Shown here piece after piece: positions 1-14,318 of a stretch of 64,000 nucleotides of DNA. Position 1 is the stretch's first letter; each line of letters starts with the position of its first letter. Origin of the DNA: Vicugna vicugna (Eukaryota); NCBI GenBank assembly GCA_013265495.1, contig MU058451.1, forward strand, positions 2,084,167-2,148,166, read 5' to 3'. Both the position numbers and the translations under genes were made by a program. A model generated the notes under the pieces. That model did no database searches. It worked only from the letters and a program-made list of their open reading frames with translations, and was not told the DNA's origin.

Positions 1-1299
1 AGTCATGAAAATTATTTTCTTTACATAGTCTCACGAAGCAATTATTTTCTAATGTCTCTGTATTGATGAATCTCAGTTTTTTTTAATTTATCTGATAGTT
101 TATTAATAATACTACCTTTCATGTGTCCATTAGGCCTTCTACTGAGAACTTTGCTCCAGAATGCTGAATATTAGAAATCTTTCCTAGATAAGAAATCCTA
201 GACATTCCTCCTGAAAGCGTTATCCTTAAAAACATTTTCCCGTGTAATATTTTTTAAGTTTTAAAGAATTTTCAAGAACATCCTATGGAAAGTTTAACCT
301 TCAATTCTTCTTAGCCCCTCTGAGCCAAAAGTCTTCAACTAGGAAAAAATAAAATAAAATGCTCCTCTAAAAAAAGAAAAAGCTTTGACTTTATTGTTTC
401 ACAGGGAAGCACTGTGGGAACCGAGGGCTCCCAGAATGCACTTGTGCAGAGCTTCCTAAACCTTTTCAGTGAACTTCACCTAATGCAGAGATAAAGGTGT
501 CTGCCTGGAGTGGTCTGGGAACATACCAAGCACAGAGTTCCTTCAAAATCTGATGTTTTACGGTAAAAAGTCATGAAAATTCTGCATTTTCCTAACATAG
601 GTTTCCATGTAAAAGAAATGATGTTTTCTTTTCCTTATCAACTAGTAAAATTGATAGTCTTTTAACTTCAAATACCTCTTTTATACCCCCTGGAAAACAC
701 ATCCCCAGTTTGAGAAGCACTGCATGAGTGGTGGGGACGTAAGCTGGCTCCCTGAGGGACCCTGGAGGTTTCTGCTGCTGGGAGGGCACCCTCATTGTCA
801 CCTAGCTCAGTAACCAGGGACAGATGTCAAAGAGGAAAGACGATTTGCATGAACTCAAAATAACACAGTCTCAGGAATGGTTAATTCACTTCTGCTGGTT
901 ATCTTAATAACAAAGGCAAATTGCTACAAGATTGTTTTAGCTCAAAGATTGAGCTTAATTTTAAGAGGATAGAAATGGGCTGCATGGATGTATGTCTTAG
1001 GCTGTGTCACAGATATAAGAGTGACGCACTGAGTCCCTGGAGTTCACCTAATGAGTCTCTAAATATTTTCACTAGAAATTTCTCCACTCTGGCACGGCCA
1101 ACAGCTTGGAGGCAAGCATTTAGATCAGGCATTATCCTGATGTGAACTGGATTTGGTAACAGGAAGAATACGTGCCAAGTGTCTGTTCCCATTAATTTCT
1201 TGTCAAAACAGTCTCACTCTCACGTAGACATGAGGAAAGTCAACAATTCAACTATTTTCTCTTGAAATTTGAATGGGGGGAAAAAAGCCTTATGTGTGT

Positions 1300-1450
1300 A
1301 GAGTATTTTAGAGAATTTTGTCATGCTTAGTTCTCACAACAGCCTTCTGAATTAGGTATTATTTATTAATAAAGGACCAGAGAGGTTGGGAATCTTGTTC
1401 AAGTTCTCACTGGTCACTGGTGAATAGTAGAATGAGGCCTCACCACATCT
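1300..1450 (-). mobile_element. MIR SINE fragment
   Basis: ttctcacaacagcc...gagaggttgggaatcttgttcaagttctcac resembles the antisense MIR core. Confidence 0.55.
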
Positions 1451-4400
1451 GGCTTCAAGTCCAGCGCTCTGAGAAACCACAAGAAACTGTGTTTAGTTAG
1501 GTTCTTTTTTTTCTATTAGTATTCAAAATCATGTAAATGAAAGTAGAGGTGCATTTATTGTCCTGCAGTTTGTTTAAAGCAGCAGTAGATCATGCCACAT
1601 GGTAATGACTTAAGATAAATGACATTGACCATCTTTAGCACATAGGTGTGCCCATTTGGAATTCTAGTCGTAAGATACACATCGCTAGGTTAAAGAAAAG
1701 AATTTATTATTCACAATGTAACATGACATACACATTAGGCTGAAGGAAGCCACTTGATTTTCAAAAAGCAAAAAATTAGACTTTAGAACTACTTCTGAGT
1801 TCAGAAATATGGTCTAATAGAGTATTATTAGACCATTCATTTAGCAAAGACTAGGTGTGCACCCTTATATTCTATAGAAGGCATTGTGTTTGGTGCTGGA
1901 GTACAGCCCCCAGCCTCATGGGGCTTACTGCCTTGCCCACTTCAAGCCAGGCTGAGGATCAATCGAGGTGCTGAAAAATGTCTCTTCTGGGTGTGGAAAT
2001 ACCACTCAGTTATCAAACCAGGGAACCGTATGAAAGGAACAAGTGAAACGCTTTTCCAAAGAACTGTTTTCCTAAGTAATGGATGAAATGGTATAAATGG
2101 AAGTCTGACGCATAATTAATTTTGAATCACAGTTTAGATTAACGTTTGAGATAGCAAATTGTTCATCTGATCGAGTAAAGTTACGAATTGTCTTTCCTTA
2201 TTAACTGATAAATTGAAAAATAATTTTTCAATTATACTGCTTGTCAAAATAGCTAATAATAGTCTATTGCTAATAACTAGAGCAAAATTTGATATCAGTG
2301 AAAAATCTATCACAAGTTTTATATTTTAATAGTGTGTTGATGGTTATTTGGTGAAAAACAAAGCATTTTAATGTCTTTTCTTACTTCCTATTGATGATAG
2401 GCAACATTTCAGCAATATATCACTTGTTGAGTCCTCTGAATTTCTAAATAGAAGATATTTAAAATTCAGTATTGAAAAATTATTTAGCTTGACTTAAGGA
2501 GTTTATTCACTAGGTCCTGGTGAATTTCAAAAAATATATAAGGTAGTTTTTTCCACTGCCACTGTCCTTACCTAAACAAGAACTAAAAAAAAAAAAAAGA
2601 GAGAGAGAGAGAGAGCCAACAAAATCCAAGTAAAAGATCTAAATGTTCAAAGGTCCATCCCTAATAAGAAATAAGAAAGGTTCCCATTCCAAAATCTTGG
2701 TGAACATTCTCTATTTTTGAAGTTAACACTCACTGTAATATAATGCTGTCTTTTAGTGTCTCCAATTACCATTTCTTCTATTTGCCCTTTTTAAACAGCC
2801 TGACTTAATCTCATAAACCTTTTTTGCCATTGCCATAATGCATAATCTCTTCCTCATTAAGTCTAAAAGAGTTTAAACCCATAAATATACATTTAAATAA
2901 AGAAAAGGGGGATTCTCTTTAATGAGACAACCCACAGCCAGCAAAAGATACAAGTACCCCAAAAGAAGAAGAAAGACTAAGAAATAGGTAGGTAAATCAA
3001 TTGTACTTTTAAGGAGAGAAAATTGTACTAGGTACGTGTATTTACTCACATAAAATTTACTCTAAATATTTCTTAACATGAAATTTACAGTTGAGACCAT
3101 AATTCCAACTTTAAATTTTCTCCTGAAGAAATTATTTCTTATTAGCTAACCGATGCTTCCATATTGCTGGGATTAAAATATTTCATTCAACAAGCATTAT
3201 TGTCTACCATGTGCCAGAAATTAATTTATGTACCATTTATTCCCTCAACAGTCTAGGAGAGGTTTCATGTTTAAAGAGATGATATTCCAGTTCCACAGGG
3301 TGAGCTGGAAATAGTATGACAATATGTTTGAGGTTTTGGTCCGAGAATTTCTCTAATCGACTTTTATTTTCTCTCAGACTCAAGTTACTTATTTTCATTC
3401 CTTAATCTAGAATCTGAGTGGCCACCACATGAGCTTTCTGAACTTGCATGCTTAAAATTATAGTAGCTGTCTGGAATCTAGGGACAATTTACTTTAATGT
3501 AAATATTGCCCACTTCAGCCAAAGGACCTACAATTCTAGCAAAAATGATACTGAAAATAGTTTCATATGCACCCATAACTGTTTTGTTTGATTTTCTTTA
3601 ACCCTAGCCTGTAGGCTGAGATAGAAACTATCACAATTTACTGATTTGAAGAAAGCTTAATGCTAATCTGTGTTCATCCACTGTGGGCAATGCTGGCAAG
3701 CAATATAGCTGAATGGTTGTTCTTTTAGTTATTTTTTGATAAAAGGCTTTAGGTTGCATACCAAACAATAAAATGGACTTCCAAAACCAAGACTTAGGAA
3801 AAGAGACACAGAGTAGTGGCAAAGACGGAGGTAAAGGCACAGATTCAGGAAGGATGTCAGAAGCTCACCATCCTGCTTTTTATTCCCCATGTTGAGAGCC
3901 CTCTAGTGGTCAAGTTTGACAGAAAGCGGAATTCTATGTGCCAAGGAAAGATGAGTTAAGGGAGGACTTGAGGTTCTCTACTATTTTCCACCTTCCAGTA
4001 CCTGTGCATATAGTCAAAAATCACAACTACGTCCCACATATTTTTTTCAGTGATCTTATTTCTCAGTTTTCATTTTCTTATGCCAAAATATCTGATAAAA
4101 CTGTTGCTGCCCTCTGCACAGCACTTTCAAAATATTTCCGTCTACTGCTTCCAAATCAAAACATAATCACAAGTTTAGCTAAATATTTAGCAGTGTTCTA
4201 GTCTGCACTCTGGAGATACAGTAAATGCTATTTTGACCTTTCTGCCATTAGTGGAAAGGTAGAAAAGAACTCAAAGTGGTGATTTTTTTTTTTTTAAGAA
4301 TCACAAACCTGTAAGACAAACCCACAGCCTCCATTCCACTTGAAGATTTCAAGTGGAACCTGAAATACCCCTGAACTGACCCTGGGAAAAAAAAAAAGAA

Positions 4401-7400
4401 AAACAGGTGGTTTCTAATCTTCCAAGCAACATCTGTGGGTACTGGCCAGAAATTCTGTTACAGCCAGATTTCCCCCGTCCTTTAAACCAAGATGCTTCTA
4501 ACATTCTTATTTGCAGCATATGGATTAGGCTGTAATTTTAACCTGCAGATTATATGTACATCATACTATTTAATTGAAATTAGGAGGACTTTTCATAAAG
4601 AAAACATAGACGGTAATATGTATTAATATGACCCAAATTACTTATCCAACAAAATTTTATCACCAGAATTAGCAAATATGGATATACTATGAAAGTCTCA
4701 CTAAAGAATTTGTGAAATCGTCCCATTTATTTCAATGTCAAAGGAAAAAAAAAGGAAAACCTGCAACTTACAAAATACTGGGTCTGGCATACAATAGCCA
4801 AGTTTCAAACGTATGCAATTTTAAAGAGGTAGGATATTAAACCATTAAAAATTCAACAGTGAATGTATAAAAAAGGTTTATTAAGCAAGTATAAGGTACC
4901 ATTAGCACACTGAAGCATTTTTAATAACCTTTCATTTAACTGCATAATGACGCCATCTGCTCCTAGCGCCTTGCTTTCAATCTGAAAGCTTTCCTGCTTT
5001 ATATTGTTGCTTGTGTGTTTGCTTGCTTGCTTGCTTTTGTTTGAAGAAGCGAGGGTAAGTGGGAGAACAGGCTTAAAGGGGAAAGTGATTGGGTAAATTA
5101 CTAAACTACCTTCTGTGCCCTGAGCTGCGGTAGAAACCGTCTGTGGAAGTGACTTGACCTTCTCACTCCCTTCTCCCTTCTTTTCAAGTTTCATCCTCTT
5201 GGTTTGGAAACAGATTCTTTTGATCAAATCTCAGATGCTGTCATCCAGATTTGTCATTCCTCTCCTGTCTGCAGTACCCAAGAGCAATCCCTCCTTAGGG
5301 TCTGCTTGGATATACAGGACTTCAGTTTCAAGCCAAATGAGCTGGTAGCAATAGCAACTTGGAGTCCAAAGTAAAGGAGGCTTTCCAGGTGGTCAGAAAT
5401 CTTAGAGAAGCCTAGGGACAAAGGAAATGTCTCTACACCTTGTCATAGTGTGATTTGACCAACAAAGCAATGACACAGGGTTTTTCCCACTACTAACAAA
5501 AGAACAATAATTTGTAAAACCTCTATTAAGTTCTTGAACTTCAAAGGCAAATAAGTAGGTTATTTGCTATGAAAAATATTGCTATGAAAAAAGTGAGTTG
5601 GTGCCCAACTCACTAATTTATCAGAAGATACCCTAAATGCAAACTTTCCACTAAATTTTTGTGTGTAACCTGATTCATGTGTCTGTTTTCATGGCAGAAT
5701 ACAAAAAGGCAAATACCAATAGGATCCTTTTCATCGTTTTTAATAGTAACATTTTAATCAGGGGAAACTGGTATTACTGTGGTAGTTTTTATATGGTTCT
5801 CAACCAAAGTTGTAATGGCAATTTAAACAAAGCTTTAGCAAGAGATACTAGAAATGGACAGAAGGCCATATTGAAAAACTACATTACTGTACATCCAATG
5901 AGAAATAATTCATGTTTGGATTAGGATTTTAAGTTTTTGCATGTAGAAATATCTTTAGGTGGTCATTTGAAATTAATATTTCTCATCTTACTATAAATAT
6001 GAGTTTTTTAAAGACTATTAAAAATGAAATGAGGTCATAAATAGTAAAGCACCTAGCAAAATGCCTGAAGACAAATAAGAGGATTTTTTTTAAGTATTCC
6101 AGAAGAAGGCATTCAATTCACATTTGTGTGCTAATTACTTGGTCTTCTAAAATTCTCTTGTGGCTTTTTGGACAATCAAAATTTGAAATGTTGTAAGTTT
6201 AAATGTATGGTTTTATTCAGTGTTACCTTAATAGAGACAGCATTTTATTTGCCATTTTATATATATATACACATATATATATATAGCCATCTCATGTGAC
6301 TTTAAAGATAGGTTGACATTTTTCAGACAAATAACATGCTATGAAAACTTATGTAATGCATTTTTTTACCTAACAGCCTTAGATTTTTCATGTTTAATAG
6401 ACAAATGTCAATTTCCCTAAGAGAAAAATCAGCTTCTTACAATTACTAAGACTTTAGATATATTCTATTTGAAGAGTCTTATACACCATCCTTATTACCA
6501 CAAAATTAAACATACTTAGTCACGATGTGAATATTCAACATACTGTTCCATTTTTATGCTTTAAATATTTGTAAACCTGAGGATATATTTCATAAAGTAA
6601 TTTAAAGCAGAATTTTGTCCCAGATTTACTGTAATTGGCGATTTGCCAGATTAAACTATAAAATGAGAACAAAAAATTTCAGTAAAAAACATACTTCATT
6701 AAATTTTGTGTTTAGAATCTAGAGTATGAACTATCATCAGAGTTCATCTGAGACTTTTTTGTTTTATTTATTTTCTTTATGTTAAAATCTTATTGATCAA
6801 GAAAGGTAACAGAGGAGGAGGCTTGTTTTCTATTTCAATTTATTTAAGATGCCAAGTCACAAAAATTTAACTAAAGCTCTTACTTCCTGTGGGTGATGAC
6901 CAAGGACCACATGTAATGCGGCACACGTAGTCCTTACACTGACTAAATGCAACTAGTCCAACCAAATCAGGGTGGTCACTGTGCAACCACAGGGATGCAA
7001 CGAAGTCCAGCGTTAAAGACAGGCTTACTTTGGGTAGATCTTCCATTGAATCTGCAAAGGAATTTCCATGATATGCTAAAATTTCACCTTCACAGTATCC
7101 GGTATCCATCATTAGTAAACTGAAAATAATACTTGGATTTTAACGAGGGTTTTTTGATTTGTCTTTTGGTTTTTGGTTTTGTTTCTGGTTCTTTGGGGCT
7201 TTTTTTGTTTTTTGTTTGTGTTTAGTAATTTTATGAAAGTTTTAGTATAACACATTACTTAGTCTGGGGTTTCAATCAACTTACGACGCTTTAAAAAAAA
7301 AATCCATGTTCTAAAGCATAACTGCATGACAGTGTAGGTCTTATTACCACTTAGTTATAGCTTAATGAATACTGTATTCCTACCTGTTTTCTCAAAAAAC

Positions 7401-8327
7401 AAAGTTCCTAGCTTATTAAATAGTATTCAGATAAAGCTTTGTGCTACCCAGTCGGCTCCCTAAATGTATTTATTACCTGTCTTTACATAGCTTGTGTAAA
7501 AACTCAATGTCGACTGTCCTTGTCTGCTGCTTTTAAAAGCTGCTGGTGTGACTGTCTCATCTTATTATGTCAACGCACCACGTTACAGTGTCACGTGCAT
7601 AGGCCACGGTACAAAACGTGACTGTAAACTTGCTTACTCAACATCTAGTCCAAAAACAGGTGTCAGGCAGTGCAATAACGCCTCACTGTATGAATCATTT
7701 CAACCTATGCGTTCTTTATCATAAATACCGACGTCGTATTTTTTAACTGTCTTTTCAGGCTTGTAATAAAAATCTCTGCATCGCATCTACGTAGTCTAAA
7801 CATGTCGAGTAATTCAGTTTAAAAGTGTTGTCTCCCAACAAACTAAAGAGAAATAGCTGCTGGATTTTTCCAGATAACTGCTTAATTGATTTTCCATTGC
7901 CAACGTAGACCTGCCTTAAGTGGTTTCCTTCACCACAATTGTGTGTAAAACAAAGGGAGGCTATTGTGGTGAATGCTTACCTAATACCATTAGCTCTGTT
8001 CTCTAGTCAAGGATATATGTTCCTCAGAAGTGACCCATTTAGTGATGTCCAGTAGTTAAAAGAGTGCACATTATTTTCCTTTTGGTCTTCAAAACCTAAA
8101 GTTGGATATCTATAAAATTAACATATGTAGACTTTCAGAGGCTAGCATTTTAGGGAGAAAAGAGGGCAGAGGAGGAAAGAAGGTGAGGAGATGAAGGAGA
8201 AAGAAAGGGAAAGAAAACAAGAAAGCTAATAGAGAAAAACAAATCTCCAAATGAGTTAAATAAGGAAAACTAAAGTTTATCATGTACATTTTTTTGAAAA
8301 GTTGATCAGCTTTTGGGAAGGCCATAC

Positions 8328-8328
8328 G

Positions 8329-8365
<37 letters not shown>

Positions 8366-8366
8366 G
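8328..8366. repeat. (GT)n microsatellite
   Basis: Directly visible, slightly interrupted. Confidence 0.95.
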
Positions 8367-9970
8367 GACATAAGTGTGTTTAGGGTCAGGAGGGGGAGCC
8401 TGAACTATCCACTGCTTTTTGTGGTTAACTCGAGTCATATATTATTAAAAACAAATGTCTAACTCCCCAAACTCATTAATTCAATGTTTAATGTTAGAAT
8501 GACCTTCTGGTTAAACTCAGGACAACTCTGTGACTGTTCACAAAGTAAGTTTCACTGACGGTGAAACTATAAAACTATCAGTAATGAATGCACATAAAAA
8601 GCCTTGCTGGGAATAATCGTGGGGAATTTCCCTCTAAAACCGGTTGATAAACAACCTGTTCTTTTTTTCTCAACTTGTAGGGATGTTAATAGTTTCTATT
8701 AAGTCCCTAACATCTATCTCCCAGATTAAAAACACTCAAAACTATTTATAAAAACCAAGGAATATAGAGTATCAGAAATTCAAAGTTAAATAATAGTTCT
8801 TAAAATTGCTGTATACGTTAATACAATTTCGTATTTCTAAGTTACGTATGGTATTAAACACATAGGTATAGTCGCATGAAGCATCACTCTCTTTTATTAA
8901 TTTGGATGTTTTAGAGGGTTTTCATACCATCTATGAATGCTCTGAATGCTGCAGGGAAAAAGAAGCACAATCAGTATTTTATTTTTGAAGATTTATTTTG
9001 AAGATTTCTCAGTCGGGTTATCCTGTCTGGTCTACACACATAATAGCATTAGCATTTCATCTTATACTATGTTGAAATATTTTTAATATAAACTCTCAAT
9101 AGAAGCCAGAGTTTATGTATGCATAAGTGGTACGTCTTGTCTAGTCTCATTCATCTGCCTCAACATGCTTTATTTCATTCTATCTGCAAACAAAAATGTT
9201 TTGATTTCAGTTTTGTAAAGAGGATACGATTTAGCATACTCGTGTTTGTTCAGCTGTCCATCCTTCACCATTAATACAATGCCTTTCTCTCCCATTTGAT
9301 GGTGTTTGTATCAGTGTCCCCATATCTGCTGCATTTTAACTCCATGAAAAGAAAATGTGATTTTGTAGTAGTAGTTTTGCTGATCAGCTCAATATTTCTG
9401 CACCAGTCAGCATCCTTATATGCATGTAGTAGTCTGTACGATTGTTCAACATCAAAAAACTTGTTTCCTTTATGTCAAAATGTCTGTTAAATTGCTGGCA
9501 TTGTTCTCCATTCCAGTCCGGTAGAATAAGCAAGACAGACAATAAATGTGTAAATGAATCATCTGTGTCATTTCAGTTCTCTGCATGAAGCCACTTCACA
9601 TCGAGCATGGCATACGTGCCTGCCACCGAATAATCCGTGGTTCCTTGACACCTCATTACTGACAGTTGAGGCAGGTGGCTTTTGGAGGAACTGGAGGAAA
9701 AAAACTGCCAAGTCTGGAAAAAAAATGAAAGTTGGATCCATCGCCATTCAAAGTACTCTCCTTTTCAAATGAATCCTTTTAGAGAGCCTACGGCTGAATC
9801 ACTTGGTTTATATTTAAAAAAAAAAAAACAAAAAACCACTCAGTGCACACCGCCTTGCCAAAACTCTGGGGTGAGATCATCAAAGAATTCTGAGATTGTC
9901 TCCCACTGCCATTCCTAAAACCAACTCAGGGCAGTCTTTGTTGGATAAAGCAAATCTTATCTCCTGACCT

Positions 9971-10151
9971 CAGAGCTAGCTTCATGGGTGTGTGATCTGT
10001 GCAGTCACACAGAGGAGCCAATGCTTAGGAGAGTCCAGCACTTAATTTAATAACCCTGCTGTCGCCATCTTGAAATTCTGAATAATGTCTGAGTAAGGAA
10101 CTCTGTATTTTCATTTTGCGTTGGACCTCATAAATCATATAGCCGGTCCTG
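9971..10151 (+). mobile_element. MER45A-like hAT DNA transposon fossil
   Basis: cagagctagcttcatggg...gccatcttgaaattc...tagccggtcctg with terminal inverted repeats. Confidence 0.8.
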
Positions 10152-10249
10152 CCTAACGGAGAAAGATAAATGCTAAGCCTGCCAATAGAGTCAGGTTCTC
10201 CAAGGCAAGAAGTTAACAGATAGTGAGGAGAGAGGCTTATTTATTTAAT

Positions 10250-10455
10250 AAACTCTCATAGAGCACTTACTATGTGCCAAATCCTATACATACATTTATT
10301 CATTTAATCCTCATAATATAGTCATATTTTCACCCTCATTTTACAGAAGAGGACACTGAGGCACAGAAAAGTAGTTTGTTCAAGGTCACACAGCTAGTGA
10401 GGCCAGGATTTGAATCTAGGTAGCTTTGCTACAGGGTTTGGGTGCTTGACCATTT
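10250..10455 (-). mobile_element. MIR SINE
   Basis: cattttacagaagaggacactgaggcacag...caaggtcacacagctagt. Confidence 0.85.
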
Positions 10456-13400
10456 AGGCCAATGCTGGCTCTTGCTTTGCTTGGCTGCCTTTCCAGCAAG
10501 GAAAACTTCCTCATAGAGTGTTGAGTATCCGCGTTACAGTCTTTACCTGAAAGGCCATTCCTTAATAGTCTGAAAGTTTCAAGAGTGTAAATAAGTTAAC
10601 AAGTGATGGCTATTAATATTAAGTAAAATATTGCCAGTGTGTTTCTGGCTCAACACAGCTATAGTTACAGAGCACCTGGTGTCTCTACACCTCAGTCCTA
10701 TACTGAGCACCGAGGGGAAAGAAGTGACAAGGGGAATGGGCTGGCCTTGGACTCAGTGACACTTTCCTCCATCTGCTCCCTCCTAGCTCCGATAACCACC
10801 ACCCTCTTCCAAAAGCAAGAGGTCCTCATCCTGGTCGTCATTTCATTTAAAAGAGGAAAAAGCACATGAAGCATGCATTATTATGGACGTAAGAGGTCGG
10901 GGCTGGCAAAGTAGAGAAATTCTGAGAATTAGACAAGGAGTAATGTGCTCACCAGTCTTTGGAACCTTCAAGAGCCCTTCTCTCTGGGCTAAAGTTCAAG
11001 GTCCAAAGCTGTGGGTAAGGGAAGAGGGATCCCCCAGAAGCCTGCTACACCTGCACCCTCCAGGCGTAACTGCACCACCCAGAGCAGCCCTTCCAGTCAA
11101 AAGCCCATGGGTTTCTCTGTCACCCCAGAGGGTCAGCAGCCCCCAGGATAAAGGTGATCTATCCATGGAAGGAAACAAATCTTTCTGCCACATAAGCATC
11201 TCCATTTCACCCACCACACTCCACTTCCCAGACTCTACCTTTCTGAAAGTTCAGGAAGCACAGACTAAGAGAGAAATAATGAGAAGTCAGGAAAGGAGTC
11301 ACCCATTTCTACGATTCCATTCATCTCGTAAGAAACGGAATGAAGCAGCCTTCAGCTCTTTCCCTTTGTTGACCTGGCTGAATGCAAAATTCTCACCCTT
11401 TCGGTACAGTCCCTTCTTTCTGCTCCAGTCCACCCTAGCCAAGCTCCACCCTCGGCCTTAGAAAAACAAATCCTACAGTGCACGATCTGGGCCACAAAAA
11501 AGATGGAGGTGGAAGCAGGGAATAATAGCATGGCATCTACTCTGAGCGAACTGAAAAAAGAACTTTTCCCCTTCTCCACCTTTCCCCGCATTCAGCCTAG
11601 TGTAAACAGATGGTTTTAACAGCGTGACTCGGTGGCTGCGGAACAGCAGATACAGCACTGGAGCCAAACCTGAGCACGTTCCTTACTCCAGAGTTTTCCT
11701 TTCTCAACCCTTGTGCCTCCTCTGACGTCTTCTAAGAGCTAAAGATGATAAAGCTCCCCCAGCAAGAACTTTAGAGCTTAATTTGCAAAGTGGGCAGCCG
11801 TCCTCACCAGGGGAAATTTTGTTTGGAAGCCTCTGATTCCATTGGCTGAAACACTGTGACACCTCACGTGACTTTGAACCATGTTGTTCCCCACCTGCAG
11901 ACATAGCCAGTGTGATGCCAGGAAGCATCAGCACAGAGCTCGAAATACCAGAACTCATCACAAGGCTCAGGGTTGTAAAAAGACGCAGGCTTTCCCTCTG
12001 GTCTCTGTAACTCACCCATAGTCTGGATGAACTTAAAGCACCTTCAGAGGAGAGTCACAATGACTGTGACCTCTCTGGCCAAAGTGAAAAAAAAAAAAAA
12101 AAAAAAAAGGAAGAGATGAAAGAGGGCTGACCTGAAAAAGAGCAACATGTTCAAGGACTTTTTTTTAAAAATTATAACCCGATATTGGAAGACAGGAATA
12201 GCACTCATATGATAACAGAAATATTCTGTTGAGTGATTTTTATAATAGTCAACCTGTAAGTGTTTAATACATATTGTGTCTTTCTGTGCTAGGCACAGTG
12301 CTGAGCACCAGGGACCCAAGACTAATAAGATGGAGTCCCTGCTTTCAAAGAGCTTGCAGTCATCATCACGGGGATGGCAAACAGCTGGCACAAAGGCGGC
12401 CATTCCTTCCAGCCCCCTGTCCTCACCTGTGACAACCATAAATCATGCATTCCTTTCCAGTGAGCCAGGATACAGCAGCCAAGTCAACCACTGCCAGGCA
12501 AGTCAGAGCTGATAATCCCAAAATGACTCCATCTTCCTTTATCACCAGACAAAGACCCTGAAGTCTCCTTCTACAGCCATGATGGTGATAATGGTTATTT
12601 TGACAGCTAACATACTTGGAGCACCTATTATGTGCCAGACTCTGGTCCAAGAGCTTTATACGCACTACCTCCTTCCATCCCATTTCTCTAAGGTGGTTGG
12701 TTAACTGAAATCTGATGTGGTCCTCCCTGGAGATGCATTTAAAGGCAATGGGAATAAACTCCAGCCTGAGGAAATTAGATGTCCTTCAGATGAATTTTCC
12801 ACAAGTGATGGATGTTTCACATTAGCGATAACGAGAGAGCTGGTGAGACCTGCTTCGCAGGATGTCTTCAGAATTAGGACAGATTCTCACGCAGCTGTAA
12901 TGAGAAGTGCAAACCTGCTGGAATAAAGAAGGGCAACTCAGATGGCCTTTCGGTGTTCTTTTCATTTCCAAGATCCTATCCTTTGTGGCACTCCAGAATC
13001 AAATTTATTTTTTTACTAAAGTCTGTGGTAAATTGTATTCATTAAATTGTCTCCACATGCACTTAGCAGAGATGACAAATTAGCAAAGGTAGGGGGAGGC
13101 AAGCAATTTGCAAAAACATATTTTTAAGTTTCGATTAATCACATATCTACATTTTCTTTTTTCTTTTATCTTTTTTTTTTTTTTTTTTTGGCTGAAGCAC
13201 AAATCTTGTTGGGACAATTACTCTCAAAAATACCTCAAGGCAAATCACTGGACATGAGGCAAAGTCCTGGAAATTCACACCAGCGAATCACTGTAATGTG
13301 CATGAGTGAATTAACTTGTGGTGAGTTGCCTTATTTTAGGATGAGTATAATTTCATGAACAATTATTACTTGTAGATGCCAATTGACTCTGAAATCCCAG

Positions 13401-14122
13401 TGTTTTTTAAAAAAGAAAAGCAATGCATAACATCAGATAACATTTTTCTATTTTAAGAACTCAAAGTTCTTCCTAACTATAATTCAGAAAAATATAATTT
13501 ATGTTGCACTTCATTTTAGCAAGAAATCTCCTTGTAATGCTTACTATAAAGCCATTTCCCAAAGAAAAGCCCATTCTATTTCTAATCTTTAAATGATGGC
13601 ATTCTAACATTTACGTGCTGTAACATAGAACTATCTGGCTGTATCTATTCTTAAACCTTTGTGAAGTTTAAGAAGTCCAACCTATTAGACTCTTGGTACC
13701 CACCCCAACCATCATAAGGTTGACATACATATTCCCAAATAAATTAGAATTCCAATTTCCATTGACTAACTAAGGGGAGGAAAAAGCACATGCCAGCTGA
13801 AACAGAGAAAAGAAATGGGCACAGGTGAAATAAGAAGCTGGTAAAGCAATTTACAAATGATCAAGGTCATTATCAGATCAAGAAATACAGCAGGAGGAAA
13901 GATACAAAGTCTTCTGTCTTTTCCTTGATAGAATTTTTAGTCTTTTTTTTTTCCTTTTCCATGGCAGTTTGGAAAAATCACAAGAGAGGAGGAAGTCTAA
14001 TATATCACAAGTCCTAAGCACTTCAGCTCTTTAGAGACCTTGCCCAGTTCCCAGCTGAGCACCAACCACATCAAATGGATGCTTCCACTTAAAGAGTACA
14101 GGCTTTGGTTGAAGTGGGGGCA

Positions 14123-14202
14123 GGGGGAAGTAGCTTAGTGGCAGAGCAATGCTTAGCATGCATGAGGTCCTGGGTTCAATACTCAGTACCTCCATTAAAA
14201 AA
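14123..14202 (+). mobile_element. Camelid Vic-1-like tRNA-derived SINE
   Basis: tagcttagtggcagagc (A box)...gggttcaatactc (B box)...cagtacctccattaaaa; followed by a GAAA/GGAA tail. Confidence 0.85.
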
Positions 14203-14318
14203 GAAAGAAAGAAAGAAGGAAGGAAGGAAAGAAGGAGGGAAGGAAGGAAGGAGGGAGGAAGGGAAGGGGGAGGGTGGGGGGAGGGTGGGAGGAAGGAAGG
14301 ATGGAAGGAAGGAAGAAA
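14203..14318. repeat. (GAAA)n/(GGAA)n purine-rich repeat
   Basis: Directly visible; grown from the SINE tail. Confidence 0.9.

Noticed and set aside
10883..11461. 192-aa ORF
   Set aside because: No recognisable domain or exon structure; its composition fits a chance ORF.
14123..14202. tRNA gene (A and B boxes), likewise at 31011, 37252, 45494 and 55116
   Set aside because: These are degenerate multi-copy elements with A-rich tails and TSDs, so SINEs rather than tRNA genes.
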